This document shows, one piece after another, positions 51,601-63,600 of a stretch of DNA of 64,000 bases. Origin of the DNA: an uncultured Candidatus Binatia bacterium. GTDB taxonomy: Bacteria > Desulfobacterota > Binatia > UBA9968 > JAJDTQ01. Position 1 is the stretch's first letter. Each line of letters begins with the position of its first letter. A model generated the notes under the pieces. It searched no databases and was not told the DNA's origin. It saw only the letters and a list, made by a program, of their open reading frames with translations. The translations under genes were made by a program, and so were the position numbers. Where the stretch lies: NCBI GenBank assembly GCA_964291295.2, contig OZ219754.1, forward strand, positions 3,584,016-3,648,015, written 5' to 3'.

Positions 51601-54600
51601 GGCCGAGTCGAGGCGTCGCCGTCACCTCGTCCGATTCCGCTCCGTTGCCGCGGACATTGACTGCCCGGACCTTGAAGGCGTAGGCCGTTCCATTGCTCAG
51701 GTTCCCCACCACGTAGCTGGTGGTGGCGGCGCGAGAGTTCGGAATGTCCGTCCAGTCGCCGTAGTTGCCCGCGCCTTCCTTCTGCCGGTACTGCCATGCC
51801 GTGATGCCGGGATCGTTCGCATTGTCCCAGGACAGCGTCACCTGCCTGTCCCCCGGCGCGGCGCTGAGATTCATGGGTTGGGCGGGCACGGGAGGTAGCG
51901 GCGTCGCGGTCTTCTCGCTCGACTCGCCGCCGGCGCCGATCGGGTTCACCGCCCGGACCTTGAAGGCATGGACCGTCCCGTTGGTCAGATTCGTCACCAC
52001 GTGACTGGTCGTCGCGGCATTGGACCCCGGAATGTCCGTCCAGTTGCCGTAGTTGCCCGTCCCTTCCTTCTGCCGGTACTGCCATGCCGTGATGCCGGGG
52101 TTGGCCGGATTGTCCCAGGACAACGTCACCTGCCCGTCCCCTGCCGTCACGGTGAAACCCGTTGGCGGAGCGGGCGGCGCCATCGGCATCGCCGTTGTCT
52201 CTGCCGAGGCTGCGCCATCGCCGTTGCCGTTCACCGCGCGGACCTTGAACGCGTAGGTCGTTCCGTTGTCGAGGTTCCCCACCACGTGACTGGTCGTCTC
52301 GGCCCTGGAACCCGGAATGTCCGTCCAGCCGCCGTAGTCGCCCGCGTCTTCCTTCTGCTGGTACTGCCATCTCGTGATGCCGGGATCGTTCGCGCTGTCC
52401 CAGGACAGCGTCACCTGCCTGTTGCCCGCCGCCGCGCGAAGACCCGTCGGCTGCAGGGGGGCGTCGTTCTCCTCCACAATCACGACGACGGAGTCGATCG
52501 CCACCGAGCCGTAGTCTCCGCCCGAGGCGCTGTGGGTCAGCGTCACTGCCGGGTCGGCAAGCGGATCGGCGTCCACGCCTGCCGTCACCGTCACCGCCTG
52601 CCAGTCGCCGAAATTGCTGCCAGTGAAGATCAGGCTGTCCGGGTTCACCGTCACGTCGCCCGATGCGCCGCCCACCGTCACCGTGACGTTCGCGGAAGGC
52701 CGCGTGTCCAGTCTCACCGAGTAGGTCTCGCTGTCGCCCTCCCCGACGTTCAACCTGGACTCGGAGAGCGTGACCCCGGCAGCATCGTCCTCCGTCACGA
52801 CGACCACGATGTCATCAACGTCGACATGGTCGTAGCCGCCGCCCGAGGCGCTGTGCTTCAGTGTCACCGCGGGGTCCGCGAGCGCGTCGGCATCGTGGTC
52901 GGCCGACACGGCCACCGCCTGCGCGACATCGAAGTTGCCGGTCGTGAAGGTCAGGCGCTCCGGATCCACCGTCACGTCACCCGACATGCCCGAGACCGTC
53001 ACGACCACGCTGGCCGCAGGCCGCGCGTCCAGCGCAACCAGGTAGTCGGAACTACCGCCCTCGGCCACCGTCAGCCTGGACTCGGAGAGCGTTATTCCCG
53101 GCGGCATCGCCGTCGGTGTCGCGGTTACCTGGCCAGACCAGGAGCTATCGGTCGGCAGATGGCCGAATCTGGAACGCAACCGGAACGTGTAAGTCGTATT
53201 GTTCGAAAGTCCCTCGACTACAGCCGTGACGCTCGCGCCAGGCACATCAACGGCGGCGGACCAGTCGCCACTGGACTTGTACTGATACTGCCAGGACCTG
53301 ATGCCCCGTCCCGGTTGGGGGTTCCAGCTCAAGGCGACAGAGCCATCTCCGGCGGTCGCGCGCAGACCGGTTGGCGCATTCACCGCGCCAACGAGTATTC
53401 GGGTCGCGTCAGATGCCGGACCGACCACCTGGCCGCTGAGCGCCCGAAAGCGCACAAGCAGCGTCCTGGTCGAGACCGGAGGCGCAACACGGAAACGAAG
53501 CAGCGCATCGGACAGTGACCGGGTCTCGGGATGGGTGGCAAGAGGAAAGCCGTCCCTGGTGATTGGCGACCACGTCGTCGCGTCATCCCAGGTCTGCTCA
53601 AGAGTCCTGGTCTGGAACTGGATTCCGGTAATCCTTCCGCAGTTGGCTGGAATGATCAGATCGGCACTTGCCGAGGTATCTCCGGAGCTGCTGAGGACGC
53701 CGCTGCCCAGGGCGCTGCGAATGCGGACCTTGCAGGGCGCCATGGCAACCGGGGTTCCGTTCACCGTGGCTGAGGCATCACCGTTGCCTACCGGGTTCAC
53801 GGCGCGGACCTTGAACCCATAGGCAGTTCCGTTGGTCAGCCCCGTTACCCGGTAACTCGTGGAGCTGGCCCCGGAACCATCCATGTTCGTCCACGCGCCC
53901 CACGTCGCCGCTCCGGCGAGCTGCTGCTGGTATTCCCACCCGGTGATGCTGGCATTGCCCGGATTGTTCCAGGACAGCGTGATCCGCGTGTCGCCTGCTG
54001 TCGCGGAAAGGCCCGTCGGCGCGGCAGGAGGCGGGATCGGGGTCGCTGAAACAGTCGCGATACCTTCCGGCTTGGTGCCTCTGGACCCGGCGACCTGAAA
54101 ATCGTACCTTCTGTTGTTCGTCAGACCCGTTACCGTATGACTTTCGATCGTCTGGCTCGCGGCGCCGCTGGACCCGGGGATGGGCGTCCAGGTTCCGTAG
54201 TTGACCTGCGGATACTGCCTCCACCGCACCCTCCAGTTGTCGAAGCGCGGGTCCTTCGGGTTGCCCCAGGACAGGATGACGCGCCCGTTGCCCGGTGTCG
54301 CGGTGAGATTGATCGGTTCCGGATACACGCCGTCTCTGGGCGTCGCCGTCCTCTCATCCGACTGGTAGCCGAAGCGCTCGGAGTCCCGTGCGCGAAGGAT
54401 GAACGTGTAGACCGTCTCGTTGTCCAGGCCCGTCACTTCATGGCGAGTCGTTGTGGCGTCGGAATCGGGAATCGGCGTCCACTCGAGGTCCCAGGATGTT
54501 GTTCTGGCTCCCCCCAGGCGCCTGGTGAACTTGCGTCGGTACTGCCACTCGACGATGCTGGGATCGTTCGGATTGTCCCAGGACAGCGTCACCCGACCGT

Positions 54601-57600
54601 CACCGCTTCCAACAGCGCTGAAGCCCGTCGGTTTTGCAGGCAGGGTGATCGTCGTCGCCGCAGCCTCATCGGACTCGGGACTGTAGCTGCCGACGGTCGC
54701 CGCACGGATCCTGAACGTGTACCGCGTTCCGTTCTTGAGGTCCGTCACCACATGGCGGGTGGTCGCGGCCCCGGAGTTCGGGATGTTCGTCCAGTCACCG
54801 TAGTTCCCCGCACCTTCCTTCCTTCGCACCTGCCAACCGGTGATGGCAGGATTCCCCGGATTGTTCCATGACAACGTGATCCGCGTGCGGCCCGGCCCGG
54901 CAGTGAAACCCGTCGGCTTCGAGGGCACTGGCGGCAGCGGCCTTGCCGTCGCTTCGACCGATTCGGCCCCGCCGCCGATACGGTTCACCCCGCGGACCTG
55001 GAAAACCCAGGTATCCCCGTTGACCAGGTTCGCCACCACGTGACTCGTCGTGAGCGCGCCGGAGATGGACGTCCAGGGGCCATACTCGTCCAGGATCTTC
55101 TTCTGTCGGAATTCCCAACTGGTGATACTGGCGTCTTGCGGGTCTTTCCAGGAAAGCGTCACCTGACTGTCCCCTGCCGTCGCGACAAAGCCGGCCGGCG
55201 CGGCGGGCAGGGCGAGCGGGGTCACCGTGACTTCGATCGATTCCGCGCCGTTGCCTGTGTCATTCACTGCGCGGATCTTGAAGCTATGGATCGCCCCGTT
55301 GGTCAGGTTCTCCACCACATGACTGGTCGTGCGCGCATCGGAATCCGGCATATCGATCCAGAGTCCATAGTCATTGCTATCGACCTTTTGCTGGTACTGC
55401 CACATCGTGATGCTGTCGTCGTCCGGGTCGTTCCATGCGAGCGTCGCCCGCCCTTCACCCGCCGTTGCCGTCAGACCCGTCGGCTTGGCCGGAGCGGTTC
55501 CGAGGTCGTTCAGCGTGCCGTCGGCCGTCTTGTCGACGCCGAGCGCGTAGCCGGCAGCGTCGTTCAGCGTGATCCGATAGGTCTCCGCGCTCTCCCTGGT
55601 CGAATCGGCTCTGGTCGGGATCGTTACCGTGCCCGTCGTGCTGGCACTGTTGCCGAACGACGCGGGGAAGCCCCGCGGACCCAGCGTGCCCGGTATGTCG
55701 TCCGCGTCGAAACCGCTCGAACCGCGGTCCGAAAACGTCAGGCTTACCGTCAGATCGCCCGTCAACGCGCGGTCCGAAGACACCAGCAGGCTGATCGCCG
55801 CCCCTTCCGTCACCGCTGCCGGATCCGTCAAAAGCTGCAAGGTCGGCGTCGTGTCGGTCACCGTCACCGAGACATCGTCGATGTCCAGGGAGGCGCCGTA
55901 GTTCGTGTCGCTGCTTGATGCCGCATGCGTCAGCGCCGCCGTGTCCTCCGTCGTGTCCTCGTCGGCCCCGGCGTTCACTGTTACCGTCTGTGCCGTGCCG
56001 TAGTTCGACGGCGTGAACGTCAACGGCGAACCCATCACCGTCACCTCGCCCGATTCGCCGCCCACCGTCACCGTCACGTTCCCCGTCGGTTCCGTGTCCA
56101 GCTTCACCGTGTACTCGCCGCTGCCGCCTTCTTCCACCGTCAGCGACGTTGGCGAGATCGTCACCCCCGCCGTGTCGTCGTCCGTGATCGTCACCGTGGT
56201 CGTGGTGTTGCCCAGAACAAAGCCGCCCGGCAGCGTGCTGCCTTCCGCCAGCTCAATCGTTACCGTAAAGGTCTCGTCGGACTCGTCCAGCGTGTCGTCG
56301 GTGATCGGAACCGCAATCGTCTTCGACGTGTCAGCGCTGTTGAACGCCACTTCAGTCACCGCATCGTTGTCGTAGTCACCGTCAGCCGGCGCGCTGGCGC
56401 CCGTCGCCGAGGAACCGCCGTAGCTGACATCAAAGGTCACCGACCGGCCAAAGGCCGCAGGAGTCGTGATCGTCACCTCGGCGTTGCCCACCCCCTCGCC
56501 CACCGTCAGCGCGGTCGGCGTCGAAACCGAAGTCGCCGCACCCACCGTGATCGTCACCGACTCGCTGTCCTCGTTGCCATTGCCGTCGGAGGCGGTAACG
56601 CTCATCACGTAGGCGCCTGTCGCCGTCGGCGTGAACGTCAGCGTCGATCCGCTCAGCGTCACACCGTCCGGCAGCGACGGCCCGCTGGTCCTGCTCCAGA
56701 CATAGCTCACCGTATCGCCATCCCCGTCCGTCGCCGACGCCGTGACCGACACCTCCTGGCCCACCTTCCTCGTGACATTGGTCAGCGCCGCCAGCACCGG
56801 CGACGCGTCGTCGTCCGTGATCGTCCCGCTCGCCGTCGCCGTGCCGAGGCTGGCATTGCTCTCATTCGACAGCTTCAGCACCACCTTCTCGTCGTCCTCG
56901 TCCAACTCGTCGCCCGTCACCGAAACCGTGATCGTCTTGCTCGTCTCGCCGGCCGCAAACGTCAGCGTGCCCGACAGATCGGTGAAGTCCGTGTCCGCCG
57001 TCGCCGTCGAACTCGCATCCACCGCATAGTCCACCGTCACCGACCGACCGCTGGCCGCGTCCAGCGCAACCGTGAACACCATGTCGCTGCTGCCGCTGTC
57101 GCCTTCCGTCACCGCCGACGGCGCCGTGATCGACAGCGCCGGCGGATCGTCGTCATCCGTGATCGTCACCGTCGCCGGAGTGAAGCTGTTGCCCTGGAGC
57201 GTGCCGCCAATGGTGATCGTCTCGTTCGACTCGTCCGCACTGTCCGTGGTAACTACCAGATCGAAACTCGCCTCGCCCGAGGTCGCGCCCGCGGCAACGG
57301 CAAGGTCGAAGTCCGCGACCTCGCTGAAATCCGTCCCCGCCGTCGCCGTGCCGCCCGCTACACCGACCGTGACGGTGGTCGGAATGGTGGCCGTCGCTGT
57401 CCCTCTGCGTGTGGCCGTCACCTTGATCGCAGTGGTCCCGCTCGACTCGGTCACCGAAACCGGATCCGCCGCCAGCGTCCAGGCGGTGGACAGCACATCG
57501 TCGTCCGTGATCGTCACCGTGGTCGTGGTGTTGCCCAGAACAAAGCCGCCCGGCAGCGTGCTGCCTTCCGCCAGCTCAATCGTTACCGTAAAGGTCTCGT

Positions 57601-60600
57601 CGGACTCGTCCAGCGTGTCGTCGGTGATCGGAACCGCAATCGTCTTCGACGTGTCGGCGCTGTTGAACGCCACTTCAGTCACCGCATCGTTGTCGTAGTC
57701 GCCGTCAGCCGGCGCGCTGGCGCCCGTCGCCGAAGAACCGCCGTAGCTGACATCAAAGGTCACCGACCGGCCAAAGGCCGCAGGAGTCGTGATCGTCACC
57801 TCGGCGTTGCCCGCACCTTCGCCCACCGTCAGCGCGGTCGGCGTCGAAACCGAAGTCGCCGCACCCACCGTGATCGTCACCGACTCGCTGTCCTCGTTGC
57901 CATTGCCGTCGGAGGCGGTAACGCTCATCACATAGGCGCCTGTCGCCGTCGGCGTGAACGTCAGCGTCGATCCGCTCAGCGTCACCCCGCCCGGCAGCGA
58001 CGGCCCGCTGGTCCTGCTCCAGACATAGCTCACCGTATCGCCATCCCCGTCCGTCGCCGACGCCGTGACCGACACCTCCTGGCCCACCTTCCTCGTGACA
58101 TTGGTCAGCGCCGCCAGCACCGGCGACGCGTCGTCGTCCGTGATCGTCCCGCTCGCCGTCGCCGTGCCGAGGCTGGCGTTGCTCTCATTCAACAGCTTCA
58201 GCACCACCTTCTCGTCGTCCTCGTCCAACTCGTCGCCCGTCACCGAAACCGTGATCGTCTTGCTCGTCTCGCCGGTCGCAAACGTCAGCGTGCCCGACAG
58301 ATCGGTGAAGTCCGTGTCCGCCGTCGCCGTCGAACTCGCATCCACCGCATAGTCCACCGTCACCGACCGACCGCTGGCCGCGTCCAGCGCAACCGTGAAC
58401 ACCATGTCCGTGCTGCCGCTGTCGCCTTCCGCAACCGCCGACGGCGCCGCGATCGACAGCGCCGGCGGATCGTCGTCATCCGTGATCGTCCCGCTCGCCG
58501 TCGCCGTGCCGAGGCTGGCGTTGCTCTCATTCGACAGCTTCAGCACCACCTTCTCGTCGTCCTCGTCCAACTCGTCGCCCGTCACCGAAACCGTGATCGT
58601 CTTGCTCGTCTCGCCGGCCGCAAACGTCAGCGTGCCCGACAGATCGGTGAAGTCCGTGTCCGCCGTCGCCGTCGAACTCGCATCCACCGCATAGTCCACC
58701 GTCACCGACCGACCGCTGGCCGCGTCCAGCGCAACCGTGAACACCATGTCGCTGCTGCCACTGTCGCCTTCCGTCACCGCCGACGGCGCCGTGATCGACA
58801 GCGCCGGCGGATCGTCGTCATCCGTGATCGTCACCGTGGCCGGCGTGAAGCTGTTGCCCTGGAGCGTGCCGCCAATGGTGATCGTCTCGTTCGACTCGTC
58901 CGCACTGTCCGTGGTAACTACCAAGTCGAAACTCGCCTCGCCCGAGGTCGCGCCCGCGGCAACGGCAAGGTCGAAGTCCGTAACCTCGCTGAAATCCGTC
59001 CCCGCCGTCGCCGTGCCGCCGGACACACCGACCGTGACGGTGGTCGGAATGGTGGCCGTCGCTGTCCCTCTGCGTGTGGCCGTCACCTTGATCGCAGTGG
59101 TCCCGCTCGACTCGGTCACCGAAACCGGATCCGCCGCCAGCGTCCAGGCGGTGGACAGCACATCGTCGTCCGTGATCGTCACCGTGGTCGTGGTGTTGCC
59201 CAGAACAAAGCCGCCCGGCAGCGTGCTGCCTTCCGCCAGCTCAATCGTTACCGTAAAGGTCTCGTCGGACTCGTCCAGCGTGTCGTCGGTGATCGGAACC
59301 GCAATCGTCTTCGACGTGTCGGCGCTGTTGAACGCCACTTCAGTCACCGCATCGTTGTCGTAGTCGCCGTCAGCCAGCACGCTGGCGCCCGTCGCCGAAG
59401 AACCGCCGTAGCTGACATCAAAGGTCACCGACCGGCCAAAGGCCGCAGGAGTCGTGATCGTCACCTCGGCGTTGCCCGCACCTTCGCCCACCGTCAGCGC
59501 GGTCGGCGTCGAAACCGAAGTCGCCGCACCCACCGTGATCGTCACCGACTCGCTGTCCTCGTTGCCATTGCCGTCGGAGGCGGTAACGCTCATCACATAG
59601 GCGCCTGTCGCCGTCGGCGTGAACGTCAGCGTCGATCCGCTCAGCGTCACCCCGCCCGGCAGCGACGGCCCGCTGGTCCTGCTCCAGACATAGCTCACCG
59701 TATCGCCATCCCCGTCCGTCGCCGACGCCGTGACCGACACCTCCTGGCCCACCTTCCTCGTGACATTGGTCAGCGCCGCCAGCACCGGCGACGCGTCGTC
59801 ATCCGTGATCGTCCCGCTCGCCGTCGCCGTGCCGAGGCTGGCGTTGCTCTCATTCGACAGCTTCAGCACCACCTTCTCGTCGTCCTCGTCCAACTCGTCG
59901 CCCGTCACCGAAACCGTGATCGTCTTGCTCGTCTCGCCGGTCGCAAACGTCAGCGTGCCCGACAGATCGGTGAAGTCCGTGTCCGCCGTCGCCGTCGAAC
60001 TCGCATCCACCGCATAGTCCACCGTCACCGACCGACCGCTGGCCGCGTCCAGCGCAACCGTGAACACCATGTCGCTGCTGCCACTGTCGCCTTCCGTCAC
60101 CGCCGACGGCGCCGTGATCGACAGCGCCGGCGGATCGTCGTCATCCGTGATCGTCCCGCTCGCCGTCGCCGTGCCGAGGCTGGCGTTGCTCTCATTCGAC
60201 AGCTTCAGCACCACCTTCTCGTCGTCCTCGTCCAACTCGTCGCCCGTCACCGAAACCGTGATCGTCTTGCTCGTCTCGCCGGTCGCAAACGTCAGCGTGC
60301 CCGACAGATCGGTGAAGTCCGTGTCCGCCGTCGCCGTCGAACTCGCATCCACCGCATAGTCCACCGTCACCGACCGACCGCTGGCCGCGTCCAGCGCAAC
60401 CGTGAACACCATGTCGCTGCTGCCACTGTCGCCTTCCGTCACCGCCGACGGCGCCGTGATCGACAGCGCCGGCGGATCGTCGTCATCCGTGATCGTCACC
60501 GTGGCCGGCGTGAAGCTGTTGCCCTGGAGCGTGCCGCCAATGGTGATCGTCTCGTTCGACTCGTCCGCACTGTCCGTGGTAACTACCAGATCGAAACTCG

Positions 60601-63600
60601 CCTCGCCCGAGGTCGCGCCCGCGGCAACGGCAAGGTCGAAGTCCGTGACCTCGCTGAAATCCGTCCCCGCCGTCGCCGTGCCGCCGGACACACCGACCGT
60701 GACGGTGGTCGGAATGGTGGCCGTCGCTGTCCCTCTGCGTGTGGCCGTCACCTTGATCGCAGTGGTCCCGCTCGACTCGGTCACCGAAACCGGATCCGCC
60801 GCCAGCGTCCAGGCGGTGGACAGCACATCGTCGTCCGTGATCGTCACCGTGGTCGTGGTGTTGCCCAGAACAAAGCCGCCCGGCAGCGTGCTGCCTTCCG
60901 CCAGCTCAATCGTTACCGTAAAGGTCTCGTCGGACTCGTCCAGCGTGTCGTCGGTGATCGGAACCGCAATCGTCTTCGACGTGTCGGCGCTGTTGAACGC
61001 CACTTCAGTCACCGCATCGTTGTCGTAGTCGCCGTCAGCCGGCGCGCTGGCGCCCGTCGCCGAAGAACCGCCGTAGCTGACATCAAAGGTCACCGACCGG
61101 CCAAAGGCCGCAGGAGTCGTGATCGTCACCTCGGCGTTGCCCACCCCCTCGCCCACCGTCAGCGCGGTCGGCGTCGAAACCGAAGTCGCCGCACCCACCG
61201 TGATCGTCACCGACTCGCTGTCCTCGTTGCCGTTGCCGTCGGAGGCGGTAACGCTCATCACATAGGCGCCTGTCGCCGTCGGCGTGAACGTCAGCGTCGA
61301 TCCGCTCAGCGTCACCCCGCCCGGCAGCGACGGCCCGCTGGTCCTGCTCCAGACATAGCTCACCGTATCGCCATCCCCGTCCGTCGCCGACGCCGTGACC
61401 GACACCTCCTGGCCCACCTTCCTCGTGACATTGGTCAGCGCCGCCAGCACCGGCGACGCGTCGTCATCCGTGATCGTCCCGCTCGCCGTCGCCGTGCCGA
61501 GGCTGGCATTGCTCTCATTCGACAGCTTCAGCACCACCTTCTCGTCGTCCTCGTCCAACTCGTCGCCCGTCACCGAAACCGTGATCGTCTTGCTCGTCTC
61601 GCCGGCCGCAAACGTCAGCGTCCCCGACAGATCGGTGAAGTCCGTGTCCGCCGTCGCCGTCGAACTCGCATCCACCGCATAGTCCACCGTCACCGACCGA
61701 CCGCTGGCCGCGTCCAGCGCAACCGTGAACACCATGTCGCTGCTGCCACTGTCGCCTTCCGTCACCGCCGACGGCGCCGTGATCGACAGCGCCGGCGGAT
61801 CGTCGTCATCCGTGATCGTCACCGTCGCCGGAGTGAAACTGTTGCCCTGGAGCGTGCCGCCAATGGTGACCGTCTCGTTCGACTCGTCCGCACTGTCCGT
61901 GGTAACTACCAAGTCGAAACTCGCCTCGCCCGAGGTCGCGCCCGCGGCAACGGCAAGGTCGAAGTCCGTGACCTCGCTGAAATCCGTCCCCGCCGTCGCC
62001 GTGCCGCCGGACACACCGACCGTGACGGTGGTCGGAATGGTGGCCGTCGCTGTCCCTCTGCGTGTGGCCGTCACCTTGATCGCAGTGGTCCCGCTCGACT
62101 CGGTCACCGAAACCGGATCCGCCGCCAGCGTCCAGGCGGTGGACAGCACATCGTCGTCCGTGATCGTCACCGTGGTCGTGGTGTTGCCCAGAACAAAGCC
62201 GCCCGGCAGCGTGCTGCCTTCCGCCAGCTCAATCGTTACCGTAAAGGTCTCGTCGGACTCGTCCAGCGTGTCGTCGGTGATCGGAACCGCAATCGTCTTC
62301 GACGTGTCGGCGCTGTTGAACGCCACTTCAGTCACCGCATCGTTGTCGTAGTCGCCGTCAGCCGGCGCGCTGGCGCCCGTCGCCGAAGAACCGCCGTAGC
62401 TGACATCAAAGGTCACCGACCGGCCAAAGGCCGCAGGAGTCGTGATCGTCACCTCGGCGTTGCCCGCACCTTCGCCCACCGTCAGCGCGGTCGGCGTCGA
62501 AACCGAAGTCGCCGCACCCACCGTGATCGTCACCGACTCGCTGTCCTCGTTGCCATTGCCGTCGGAGGCGGTAACGCTCATCACATAGGCGCCTGTCGCC
62601 GTCGGCGTGAACGTCAGCGTCGATCCGCTCAGCGTCACCCCGCCCGGCAGCGACGGCCCGCTGGTCCTGCTCCAGACATAGCTCACCGTATCGCCATCCC
62701 CGTCCGTCGCCGACGCCGTGACCGACACCTCCTGGCCCACCTTCCTCGTGACATTGGTCAGCGCCGCCAGCACCGGCGACGCGTCGTCATCCGTGATCGT
62801 CCCGCTCGCCGTCGCCGTGCCGAGGCTGGCATTGCTCTCATTCGACAGCTTCAGCACCACCTTCTCGTCGTCCTCGTCCAACTCGTCGCCCGTCACCGAA
62901 ACCGTGATCGTCTTGCTCGTCTCGCCGGCCGCAAACGTCAGCGTCCCCGACAGATCGGTGAAGTCCGTGTCCGCCGTCGCCGTCGAACTCGCATCCACCG
63001 CATAGTCCACCGTCACCGACCGACCGCTGGCCGCGTCCAGCGCAACCGTGAACACCATGTCCGTGCTGCCGCTGTCGCCTTCCGCAACCGCCGACGGCGC
63101 CGCGATCGACAGCGCCGGCGGATCGTCGTCATCCGTGATCGTCCCGCTCGCCGTCGCCGTGCCGAGGCTGGCGTTGCTCTCATTCGACAGCTTCAGCACC
63201 ACCTTCTCGTCGTCCTCGTCCAACTCGTCGCCCGTCACCGAAACCGTGATCGTCTTGCTCGTCTCGCCGGCCGCAAACGTCAGCGTGCCCGACAGATCGG
63301 TGAAGTCCGTGTCCGCCGTCGCCGTCGAACTCGCATCCACCGCATAGTCCACCGTCACCGACCGACCGCTGGCCGCGTCCAGCGCAACCGTGAACACCAT
63401 GTCGCTGCTGCCACTGTCGCCTTCCGTCACCGCCGACGGCGCCGTGATCGACAGCGCCGGCGGATCGTCGTCATCCGTGATCGTCACCGTGGCCGGCGTG
63501 AAGCTGTTGCCCTGGAGCGTGCCGCCAATGGTGACCGTCTCGTTCGACTCGTCCGCACTGTCCGTGGTAACTACCAAGTCGAAACTCGCCTCGCCCGAGG

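Noticed and set aside
33485-63347. Many long plus-strand ORFs opposite the giant gene (e.g. 33485-37393, 43379-46111, 46610-49363)
   Set aside because: These are antisense shadows of a GC-rich, repetitive coding strand. They are Arg/His- or Ser/Val-rich with no motifs and mirror the repeat periods.
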